Positions 1 through 9,031 of a DNA stretch of 32,000 nucleotides are shown here, piece after piece. Under the pieces are notes generated by a model that had not been told where the DNA came from, did not search any database, and was given only the letters and a program-made list of their open reading frames with translations. A program made the translations under genes and the position numbers. Source of the stretch: Candidatus Harpocratesius repetitus (GTDB lineage Archaea; Asgardarchaeota; Lokiarchaeia; Sigyniarchaeales; Promethearchaeaceae); contig JAIZWK010000001.1 in assembly GCA_021498095.1 (NCBI GenBank), positions 1,230,001-1,262,000 on the forward strand. Direction: 5' to 3'. Position 1 is the first letter of the stretch, and each line of letters opens with the position of its first letter.

Positions 1-13
1 TAGTTTTGGTTTA

Positions 14-3000
14 ATGTTTGGTCTATCTCTTCTATTTATCTGCAATTTGATTTTAGAGGTTATTCAACCTGGAGAATATATTGGAATTGCAGGTTATATC
101 CTTACTACTATGTTAATTATATTGGTTATATATCCTCTTTGGGAAGCTTTCTTTTTAGGAAGACCTACGAGTGATTCTGTTCATGATTTTCATAAATTTC
201 TTGAATCAAAGATTTTAGATCGCTTTCAAGGAACTATGGCGTATGTAGTTTCATTTATAATTTTCATTGTCATCTATATCGTTCCTATTATCTTAATTTG
301 GTATTTTTCTTCTATTTCGATTGCTCAAGTTGCATTTATGTGGTTTTTAATCTTTCCTCTGTTTTTCCTTAATTATTTTGCTTCTCAAGGCCAAGTTAGT
401 GGTATAATTCAAGCTACATATAGGAAAAATATTCCAAAAGAAATTATATCTAGTTCTCATTTAGGTCAAAGCACCATGAAACGAGTTTTAAATATATTTT
501 TTATTATAATTGCATGGACTCCATTTGTTTTATCCTTTTATAATTTCTTTAATCCAATCTTGAAGGCAATTAATGGTTACACATTTACAGAGAAAGATAA
601 AATGATGGGTTATCTGTCAATCTTAACTACTGTTCCATTTGGAATTAAAGGATTTTTCCAAAAATTCTGGAATAAAAAAGCGAAGACAAAAATCATTGAT
701 TATATTTTCGGAGGTTATATTTTTATCTCTCTGGCTGTTAATATGCTATTAAATTTTGTTCAAATAGAAAAAGCAGTTGTTACTAGTATATTTCAAACTA
801 ATCTTCTTCTTGCACCAATTCAACCAATTTTTGAAAATTATAGTATTCTAGTCCCACTAATTGTAGTTCAATCTTTTATCACCATTGTTTTTGGAACTTA
901 TACTTTATTGCAAAGAAATTCTGATTTTCACTCCGACATTCGATTGCAAGCTACATCTTTAGCTTATGGTGATTTTGAAATTGCAGAGATTATAAAAGCA
1001 ACTAAATCACGAAAATCTATAAAAAGTAAGAGCGAAAAAGCAATAGAAAAAGAATTGGAAGATCAGAAAAAGAATAGAAAAGGTAAAAAACAGACAAAAA
1101 CTAAAGATAAAAAATCGAAAATCAAGCATGATATTCTCACATTATATAAATCAATTCTACTTCCATCAGTTTATAGTGAACATGGTGTGGATCTTAATGA
1201 ACAGATCCGCTTGAAGGCTGAACAGTATCTTTACTTAATAGCAATTGAGAATCAAGAAGAAGCAGAAAAAATTGTATCATTTTTATTTAAAATGTCACTG
1301 AATTCAGAACAATATCAGAATAACTTAATGAATAGAAATAAGTTTAATAATCGTGAAGCTATAGGACTTCTAGGAGAAATTGGTGCAGAATATCCCAATA
1401 TTGTCTTAGAACGATTAATTAAGGCTCTTTCATATAATGATATTCGAACACAAAGACATATTTTGGATGCTTTAGGTGATATAGGGGAAACAAAGGAGAA
1501 TTTACTCTTGATTCTTGGAAAAATAAGACCACTTCTCGTTGATAAACGCACTGAGGTAAGAACAGCCGCGTTTCAAGCTATTACTGAAATGGTTCTTGAA
1601 GGTCAAAATCAAGATAAAGAATTTGTGGGAGAAATTCTTAGAGTTGTATATGGTATTTTGAATGATGAATTTAGTAATTCAGAAGCCATCGATTCTGCTT
1701 TCGAAGCTCTAGTTCAAATGAGCGCAAAAATTGCAGATGACTTATCTATTGAAAAAATAGTTCCATTTTTAGAATATAATGAAGGAAATGACAAAGATAC
1801 GATAGAATATATAATTCAAAATGCTTTAGTTGTGCTTTCATACATGGTATACTACAATATAGATACATTTCCACTTGAAAAAGTTCGCTCATTTTTGAAA
1901 GATGAACGCTCATTTTTACGATATGTAGCTGCTGATGCTGTGGGAAACTACATTTTAAAAGGACCAGAAGAGGCAAAAGAAGAAATCTTAGTTGATCTAA
2001 TGATAATGGCTCTTCACGATCCAGATATTGATGTCGTTCAAATGTGTGCAGAAAGTATCGCGGAATTTCTTATTATGAATAAAAATTATGAACCCACTAT
2101 TGACGGAAATAAGATTTCAATTATTGATTACTTTACTCGAGCATTAACTTCATCTGAACCAAAGGTAGCAGAAAATGCTTCAGAAGCTCTTAAAATGATT
2201 TCTCCAATGTATGATGAAATTGATATTTATCCCAGACTTGAACCTCATCTAAATGGAGACAACCTGGAATTAATCAGAGATTGTCTGCATGTGATTGCAC
2301 TTTCAGATAGTGAAGAGCATTTAAGCGCAAATCTGGAAATCATCTATAAATTAACCCGTCATCATGATGCCAGCGTTCGAGATAAAGCTGTTTATACTCT
2401 TGGAATGATTTCAAAAAATAGACCTGATATAGATGAAAAAATTGTTTTTGAACGACTTGATGATGAAGACCCTCAAGTTCGTCAAGAAGCTATTTTTGCT
2501 TTAGGGAAAATTGGGATTAAAAAACCGTTAGAAGTTACTCCAGAACTCATTCAACGTTTTTTCCAACTTGATAAAGAATCGGAGCAGTTCATAAGTGAGA
2601 TTGAACTCTATGCGGAATCCTTAGGTGTTATTGGTTCGCATCATCCATCAAATGAAATTATCATTTCTTTACAAGCTACTTTAATGGGTGATACAAATGT
2701 ATTTGCTAAAGATGTTATTGCTCGTGCTTTAGGGGCAATTGGTCATGGAATGATAAAATCAGGAGTTGCAATTAGACGAATTGAAGATGAAGCATTTTTA
2801 AATCGGATTTCTTGGTTAAAGATAGTAAGGAAGAAAGAATATACTATTGGTAATCTCATTATCTTTTTAATTGAAGCGCTTCAATTGAAAGGAATCCCAA
2901 ACAGCGTGATGAATGAAATTAGCGATGCAATTCAAGATTTACTTCCTGTCTTTTTATTTGCAAAGTATGAAGATGAAGATCCAACCAGTAATAAAACTCT

Positions 3001-3478
3001 TGAGATTATTAAAAAATTGTTAGCCCAAGCTTACTACGCAAATTATAATAACGAGATTTTGGAAACAATTGATCGTATCGATTCGATGATTAGTTTTAAG
3101 AAATATTTTGAAGAAAAGGATCCAAGAATTAAGGATCAATTTCTCTTTTATGCAAAACAATATACTCCAGATGGTAAACAATTTTTCGATCAAGGTAATC
3201 TCTTTTCAATATTAGCAGAAGATGATCCGACTTATTTAGCATATGCATTGAAATCATATGAGATTGCTGTCGATCTTTCACCATATGAATATTACACTCC
3301 AAGTTGTTTATTAAAGATGGGTGAGATTTATCGAAATACTGAGGAATATAAGGCTGCTGAGAAAATGTTTGCAGAAGCTTTAGAATTATTCTCTTCGATG
3401 GATGAAGTAGATCAGATGAAATACGTGGAAGATGCTTTATCTTCTGTTCGAAAGAATCTTTCAAACACAGCAAAGTAA
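14..3478 (+). CDS. Multi-pass membrane protein with HEAT-repeat solenoid and C-terminal TPR-like helices (probably 5'-truncated by the window)
   Basis: The frame is open back to position 2. About 8 hydrophobic segments lie in the first 300 aa, then a Lys-rich linker, then repeated HEAT-like units (e.g. 'DKRTEVRTAAFQAI', 'DASVRDKAVYTLG', 'DPQVRQEAIFALG') and a TPR-like end ('CLLKMGEIYRNTEEYKAAEKMFAEALELF'). Confidence 0.8.
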   Translation: MFGLSLLFICNLILEVIQPGEYIGIAGYILTTMLIILVIYPLWEAFFLGRPTSDSVHDFHKFLESKILDRFQGTMAYVVSFIIFIVIYIVPIILIWYFSSISIAQVAFMWFLIFPLFFLNYFASQGQVSGIIQATYRKNIPKEIISSSHLGQSTMKRVLNIFFIIIAWTPFVLSFYNFFNPILKAINGYTFTEKDKMMGYLSILTTVPFGIKGFFQKFWNKKAKTKIIDYIFGGYIFISLAVNMLLNFVQIEKAVVTSIFQTNLLLAPIQPIFENYSILVPLIVVQSFITIVFGTYTLLQRNSDFHSDIRLQATSLAYGDFEIAEIIKATKSRKSIKSKSEKAIEKELEDQKKNRKGKKQTKTKDKKSKIKHDILTLYKSILLPSVYSEHGVDLNEQIRLKAEQYLYLIAIENQEEAEKIVSFLFKMSLNSEQYQNNLMNRNKFNNREAIGLLGEIGAEYPNIVLERLIKALSYNDIRTQRHILDALGDIGETKENLLLILGKIRPLLVDKRTEVRTAAFQAITEMVLEGQNQDKEFVGEILRVVYGILNDEFSNSEAIDSAFEALVQMSAKIADDLSIEKIVPFLEYNEGNDKDTIEYIIQNALVVLSYMVYYNIDTFPLEKVRSFLKDERSFLRYVAADAVGNYILKGPEEAKEEILVDLMIMALHDPDIDVVQMCAESIAEFLIMNKNYEPTIDGNKISIIDYFTRALTSSEPKVAENASEALKMISPMYDEIDIYPRLEPHLNGDNLELIRDCLHVIALSDSEEHLSANLEIIYKLTRHHDASVRDKAVYTLGMISKNRPDIDEKIVFERLDDEDPQVRQEAIFALGKIGIKKPLEVTPELIQRFFQLDKESEQFISEIELYAESLGVIGSHHPSNEIIISLQATLMGDTNVFAKDVIARALGAIGHGMIKSGVAIRRIEDEAFLNRISWLKIVRKKEYTIGNLIIFLIEALQLKGIPNSVMNEISDAIQDLLPVFLFAKYEDEDPTSNKTLEIIKKLLAQAYYANYNNEILETIDRIDSMISFKKYFEEKDPRIKDQFLFYAKQYTPDGKQFFDQGNLFSILAEDDPTYLAYALKSYEIAVDLSPYEYYTPSCLLKMGEIYRNTEEYKAAEKMFAEALELFSSMDEVDQMKYVEDALSSVRKNLSNTAK

Positions 3479-3583
3479 TAGGGATAATTTATCACTTAAC
3501 TTTAATATTCTTTACCTTTTTTAGAGTCTTTTGATTTTTAATTTTTCGACACCTTTAAATCACTTGGATTCTTCGCTACAATT

Positions 3584-4644
3584 ATGGGAAAACCCCTTTT
3601 TATAATAAAACATATTCCTTTTCATGAATTAGAGCAATATTATAAGCAAGAAAAGAATGCTCGAGTAAAAACAAAAATACTTGCAGTCATACAACTATAC
3701 TTTGGGAAATCTACACTCGAAACAGCCTTCCATGTTCATTCCTCCCCTCAATCAGTAAGGAAATGGATTCATCAATGGAATAAAGATAGGATGAAAGGTT
3801 TACAACCCATAAAACGTGCAAAAGTTTATTCTTTATTATCGGAAGAACAAGAAAAACAAATTAAGAAAGATATTAAACAATCTCCCCGAAAACAAGGATA
3901 TTCCTTTAGTAATTGGCATTTAAAAGACATAAAAGGACATATAAAAAAAAAATATGACATTGATATGTCAATTTCAGGGGTTTGGCGAATGATGAAACGA
4001 TGGGATTACACATTGTTAGTACCAAGACCAATGCCTGCAAAAGCAGACGAAAAAAAAAAGATCAATTTCGACACGAAATGAAAGAGCTTGTAAATAACTT
4101 AAATGAAAACGAATCGATTTTATTCCAAGACGAAAGTTCCTTCTATTTTTCCCCCGAACCACGTCGTATATGGGCACCAAAGGGATCAAAACCAATTCTC
4201 CGAATACACAGCGGAAAAAAACGGTTAAATGTAATCGGTGCAATTGATCCTATCCAAAGGCGCGGATATTTTCAATATATTAAAAATTTAGACGTAGTTA
4301 ATTTTGGGCAATTTCTTCGTGGAATTCTTGCACAATATCCTGAAAATCATAAAATTTATATGATTTTAGATAATGCACGATCGCATCATGCAAAAATGCT
4401 TCAAAAATGGTTACAAATAAACAATTATCGTCTAAAATTAAAGTTTTTACCGCCCTATTCTCCTGATCTGAATCCGATCGAAGGTATTTGGAAAGATGCA
4501 AAGAGTAAAGCAACATACAACGAATTTTATGAAAAATTTGAAGAATTTCAATCTTCTTTATCCAAAACTTTGCACGAATTGAGTTCAGATGATGAAAAAC
4601 TAGCATTACGATGTAATTTGGAAAAATATAGAATTAATTCATAA
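3584..4644 (+). mobile_element. IS630-family insertion sequence; transposase split into orfA (3584-4081, HTH/winged HTH) and orfB (3982-4644, DDE). Element ends not identified.
   Basis: orfA has two HTH-like blocks ('TAFHVHSSPQSVRKWIHQW', 'WHLKDIKGHIKKKYDIDMSISGVWRMMKRWDY'). orfB has the IS630 DDE motifs FQDES, ILDNARSH and YSPDLNPIEGIW. Confidence 0.92.
4054..4060 (+). promoter_or_regulatory. -1 frameshift/slippage site A_AAA_AAG joining IS630 orfA and orfB
   Basis: A10G run at 4050-4060. In the orfA frame the codons are AAA (4055) and AAG (4058); a -1 shift continues into orfB 'KDQFRHEMKEL', giving a transposase of roughly 350 aa. Confidence 0.8.
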
Positions 4645-4896
4645 CTTTATAATCAAATGGATAGCCAAATGGACCAAAGTCATTTTCAATATACTTTAAA
4701 CAGTCTTCTAAAGTTCCTTCATGAACTGTGTACCATTTTAGGTTGTGGCGTTGCCAATCGGCGGTGCAATGTGTCAATTTTTCTTCAAATAAAGTGATTC
4801 TCGCAAAAATAAATTCTTCGTATTTCCCATTTATCAGTGGCTCTATTTTACGGGCACGATGTTCTAATGTTGATGCTGTTGGCTCGCTTGGATTAT
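4634..4896 (-). pseudogene. Coding fragment on the minus strand, probably an inverted piece of the adjacent plus-strand gene relic
   Basis: Protein-like open frame (NPSEPTASTLEH...KYIENDFGPFGYPFDY). Its nominal start at 4945 lies antisense within plus-strand coding DNA, leaving no room for a promoter. Confidence 0.5.
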
Positions 4897-5761
4897 CTTT
4901 TAAGTCGTTTGGAAGCGGAATCAGATTGGTTACAATTAACCACACCCTCTCAATTTATTGCTAACTTGCCAGAAGATTACAATTTTGAAGAGCTTACTTC
5001 AATTCCTGATGGCCAGGCTCATTGGATGCAGCAACCTTGTCAAGATCAAGGGTATATGGATTGGTTTGATTTTAATGCAAATGATATCGATCTACAAGAA
5101 TTTCGTTCTGAATTTTCAAAGGTTCGAAATCGATTAATGTTCATTCAATCTGCTATAGATGAAGCTTTGAATGCAGAAAAGAAGAGAAGCGCAGAGAGAT
5201 TGATGAGTTATGCTGAATTTGTTTTTGCTGCCAATCAATTTGAGTTTGGATGTGTTGGAGTGAAACCTGATTGGTTTTATAGAGCAAAAAGCGCGCTTCT
5301 CACAGCAGAAGCCGCATATTATGCATTAAATCCTTCTCTATCCCTTATAAGAAATATTATTTTCGGGACTTAAGGGAATAAATTACACCGAAATTAATGA
5401 GAATTCAATTAGAAAATACTGTGTACTTAACACATTAGATAACGTAGGAGTTGAAATTCAAATTCAAGATGGAAATGACTTGAATTTTACTAAGGATAAA
5501 ATTGATCCCATGTTTGCATTTGGTTTCCATTTATCTCTTCCAAGTATTGAGCCAGATCAGACTTATCAGATTGTAATTTCTCTCAAGGGAATTCAAAGCA
5601 TTCAAATAAACGATCAAAATAATATTAGTGATGATGCTTATAGTGACGATAAATCTGAAGGTTTAACAAATTTGATCCCAGGTTATCGCTCCTTAATGTT
5701 TCCTTCGTTTGCTTTTATTGCAATAGTCATTTTGGTTGTTAAACAAAAATCTGAGATATAA
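4891..5761 (+). pseudogene. 3' part of a cell-surface protein (possibly GH57-like) with IPGY+TM+basic C-terminal sorting tail; frameshifted near 5351-5373 and lacking its 5' end
   Basis: Frame 1 is open to TAA at 5371-5373 and frame 2 is open 5351-5761 (23-nt overlap). The C-terminus is 'LIPGYRSLMFPSFAFIAIVILVVKQKSEI'. GH57-like motif order 'WLQLTTPSQFI ... IPDGQAHW ... DW' is a weak by-eye match. Confidence 0.55.
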
Positions 5762-5814
5762 TTCTTTTTTTTTAATAAAATTTATTATCACTGCTCCCCT
5801 TATGGTATTTGTAA

Positions 5815-7398
5815 GTGATAGGCGTGGATTCGTTAAGTTTAGAGCGTTCAGCGGGGATTTTACTTCATCCTACTTGTTTATATACTCCCTATGGAATTGG
5901 AGATTTAGGTCCTCAAGCATATTCTTTTATAGAATTTTTACAAAAAGCCGGACAGAAATTTTGGCAGATATTACCTCTTGGGCCTACTGGATATGCTGAT
6001 TCCCCATATCAAACTCTTTCAGCTTTTGCTGGAAATCCTTTATTAATTTCTCCTGATGGTTTAGTTTCACTCAAATTACTCTCCAAAAATGAGATCTTGG
6101 AAAAATTAATCGATTCAGATTTACCCTCTTTTAGTAATTTTACCAATTCTGTAAAAAAATGGAAACAAGCCAAAAAAGTAGATTACCCTAAAGCTTATAA
6201 GTTTAAAGAAGGAATTTTACAGAAATCTTACCAAAATTTTATCCAAAATCCAAATAAATTTACCCGCTTAAAAAAAGAATTTACAATATTTTGTAAAGAA
6301 AATCATGATTGGTTAGATGATTATGTCTTGTTTTATTCGATTAAAAACAGTCAACAATTACGCTCATGGATAGAATGGCCTGAAAAATATGCAAATCGAG
6401 ATTCTAAAGTTCTTTTTCAATGGAAATCTGATCATCAAGAAGAATTAGAGTATTTAAAATTTGTTCAATGGTTGTTTTTTTCTCAATGGATGAAATTAAA
6501 GCATTATGCAAATTCCAAAGGTATAGAAATTATCGGAGATATGCCCATTTTTGTCGCACATGATTCTGTAGATGTATGGAGTCATCGAGAACTATTTACA
6601 GTGGATAAAGATGGAAATTTAATCTTTCAAGCTGGGGTTCCGCCAGATTATTTTTCAGAGACAGGGCAGTTATGGGGTAATCCACTTTACAATTGGGATA
6701 TTATGGCAAAACAACACTTTCAATGGTTTATTCAGCGATTTAAGCAGATTTTTCAACTTTGTGATTGGATTAGAATCGATCATTTTCGAGGATTTCAAGC
6801 TTATTGGAAAATTCCAGCTAGTGAAAAAACAGCAGTTAATGGAAAATGGATAAAAGCACCTGGATTAGCACTTTTTAACACTATTACTAAATCGTTAGGT
6901 AAATTACCTATAATTGCTGAAGATTTAGGAGTGATCACTCCTGAAGTTACAGCTTTAAGAAATAGATTTAATTTTCCAGGTATGAAAGTTCTTCAATTTG
7001 CATTCACATCTGATGCAAGTAATCCACATCTTCCCCATAATATTTCTAAAGATACCATAGCATACACCGGCACACATGATAATGATACAACCTTGGGTTG
7101 GTGGCAAAATTATGCAACGGATGAAGAAAAGGCATATTTGAAGGAGTATATTGGAATGGAACCTTTAAATATAGTAGAAATTATGATTCGTTTAGTTTAC
7201 TCTTCAAGAGCAATCGTTGCTATGTTACCGCTCCAAGATGTATTTGGTCAAGGAAGTGAATCACGTATGAATACTCCCAGTACTACACATGGGAATTGGC
7301 AATATCAAATCGATTATGGAATGTTAACAGATGAAAAAGCATCATGGTTGAAGCATTTAACTGAAATTTATGGAAGAAATTCTGTTTATAATAAATAA
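5815..7398 (+). CDS. malQ: 4-alpha-glucanotransferase (amylomaltase, GH77)
   Basis: Motifs GILLHP, YGIGDLG, WQILPLGPTG-SPY-SAFAGNP, IGDMPIFV, AGVPPDYFSETGQLWGNP, RIDHFRG, IIAEDLG, YTGTHDN and RMNTP. Confidence 0.97.
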   Translation: MIGVDSLSLERSAGILLHPTCLYTPYGIGDLGPQAYSFIEFLQKAGQKFWQILPLGPTGYADSPYQTLSAFAGNPLLISPDGLVSLKLLSKNEILEKLIDSDLPSFSNFTNSVKKWKQAKKVDYPKAYKFKEGILQKSYQNFIQNPNKFTRLKKEFTIFCKENHDWLDDYVLFYSIKNSQQLRSWIEWPEKYANRDSKVLFQWKSDHQEELEYLKFVQWLFFSQWMKLKHYANSKGIEIIGDMPIFVAHDSVDVWSHRELFTVDKDGNLIFQAGVPPDYFSETGQLWGNPLYNWDIMAKQHFQWFIQRFKQIFQLCDWIRIDHFRGFQAYWKIPASEKTAVNGKWIKAPGLALFNTITKSLGKLPIIAEDLGVITPEVTALRNRFNFPGMKVLQFAFTSDASNPHLPHNISKDTIAYTGTHDNDTTLGWWQNYATDEEKAYLKEYIGMEPLNIVEIMIRLVYSSRAIVAMLPLQDVFGQGSESRMNTPSTTHGNWQYQIDYGMLTDEKASWLKHLTEIYGRNSVYNK

Positions 7399-7432
7399 TT
7401 CTCTTTTTCATTATTTCTTTTTGATACTTTCA
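7399..7432 (+). terminator. Probable archaeal oligo-T terminator after malQ
   Basis: Several T runs (ttctctttttcattatttcttttttg) directly after the stop codon. Confidence 0.45.
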
Positions 7433-7556
7433 TCTTTAAATTAATTTACTACTTCAGTGTTGAGTATTATTATTATTTAACTCAAAATACTTTCTTTTAT
7501 AATTCACCATAACTTTAAATTTTTCATACAGCGTATTTAATTAGAGGAATAAAGAG

Positions 7557-8984
7557 TTGAATGAACAATCACCAAACATTTCGACAAAATCTCACAATTC
7601 AAGTGATATTTCCGAAAATAAAGATCATGATAAAGAATCTTCATTTGATAAAATATTTTCATCAAAAGATACTTTGAATTCCCAATTTAAGATTTCTTCT
7701 AATTCACTTTCAAATTTTCCTAATTTATTCTTTTATTTTGCAGAAAACATTTATTGTAATCTTTATGTTTATCAAAATTCATTTACTGAAAAAATTCTTT
7801 CGATTAATCAATATTTTCCTGAATATGAAGCTCTTTTTAAATATCTTAATTATTGCTTGCTAATGAATGAAAAACAATTAAATATATCATTTCAAAATCA
7901 AAACGCTTCACCAACAGATTCCACATTGAATCAAAGCAATAATTCTTCAATGTACATGAATCTTAAGTCAAATCTCTTTCCAATTTTCCAAAGATCAATT
8001 GTTTTTGTTCCAAATGGTCATGGACTACAAGATTTTTTTGCAATCTTTAGCAAGCTTTATAATTATTTCGTTATTTACCTTGATCTATTTATTCCTAATG
8101 ATTCCAATATTTCTAAATTAAAACAACCGCTTTCAGGGCTTATTTCATCATATTTACAAGATTTAGAATCTGGTAAAACAATCTTTTCAATTTTTATTCA
8201 TACTTCTTCAGAATTCTCGCTTCATTCTACTCTTCAAACGGAAGTTAATTTAGTTCTTTACAATATTCTCACAGATTTGGGTGCGTCTTCTAAGTTACTT
8301 CCTTTTCCTCTTATAATTATTTTAAATGAAGGTATAGATCAACAATTACCTAACCAATACTTCGACTTTATTTTTCATTTTAATTCCCCCTCTTTTAAAA
8401 CACGTATTCAATTTTTAAAAGCTCTGCCTTCATTAATTCCTAAGAATTCTATTAATTTAGAACACCTTGCTCATCAAATGAATAAATGGAACTTTGCTCA
8501 TATTCAAGAATTTTACATATTATGTCAAAAGTATTTTATTATCGAAAATTCATTTTCAAAGAAAAAATGGGAATCTGCAGAGATCACTACAGAATATGTT
8601 TTAAATCTCATGGATCGTCGAATTTTTCAACCAAGTCTTATTAAAAATGAGAAGTTTTCAAACGAAAGTTTTAATAAAAGACAAAGTTCGAATTTTAAAG
8701 AAAATCTGGATAATGTTGAAGTATTAAAAAATAGAAAATTAGGAAACTATAATCGTGATTTTATCTTTCAATTATATCAAGAAGTTGCCAGCTCTTGTTA
8801 TGATGAGATGATATTGATTCTTGATAAACTACAAAAAGGAATAATTCTTCAAAAGTCTGAGTTATCTTTGCTAGCAGATTATTCTTTTTTAATGAAAGAA
8901 TCACCTAAAGAAGCAATTACTCAATTACATAAAGCCAAACAGCGTCTTTCACAAATCGATCTTTTTTCTCAAAAAAACAAATGA
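7557..8984 (+). CDS. Degenerate (probably inactive) classical AAA+ domain protein with low-complexity N-terminus
   Basis: 'LIIILNEGIDQQLPNQYFDFIFHFNSPSFKTRIQFL...INLEHLAHQMNKWNFAHI' follows the sensor-1/SRH/lid pattern of Cdc48/Vps4/FtsH-type AAA domains. The Walker A position reads IVFVPNGHGLQ (no GKT) and the Walker B position reads SIFIHTS (no DE). Confidence 0.6.
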   Translation: MNEQSPNISTKSHNSSDISENKDHDKESSFDKIFSSKDTLNSQFKISSNSLSNFPNLFFYFAENIYCNLYVYQNSFTEKILSINQYFPEYEALFKYLNYCLLMNEKQLNISFQNQNASPTDSTLNQSNNSSMYMNLKSNLFPIFQRSIVFVPNGHGLQDFFAIFSKLYNYFVIYLDLFIPNDSNISKLKQPLSGLISSYLQDLESGKTIFSIFIHTSSEFSLHSTLQTEVNLVLYNILTDLGASSKLLPFPLIIILNEGIDQQLPNQYFDFIFHFNSPSFKTRIQFLKALPSLIPKNSINLEHLAHQMNKWNFAHIQEFYILCQKYFIIENSFSKKKWESAEITTEYVLNLMDRRIFQPSLIKNEKFSNESFNKRQSSNFKENLDNVEVLKNRKLGNYNRDFIFQLYQEVASSCYDEMILILDKLQKGIILQKSELSLLADYSFLMKESPKEAITQLHKAKQRLSQIDLFSQKNK

Positions 8985-9031
8985 ATTAATCATTCTAAAT
9001 GATAATAAATTATATTTATTCTCTGATAAAA

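Noticed and set aside
3479-4655. Terminal inverted repeats or target duplication of the IS630 element; 8-bp direct repeat TAACTTTA at 3497-3504 and 4642-4649
   Set aside because: No convincing TIR pair by eye. IS630 elements duplicate TA, not 8 bp, and an AT-only-rich octamer can recur by chance.
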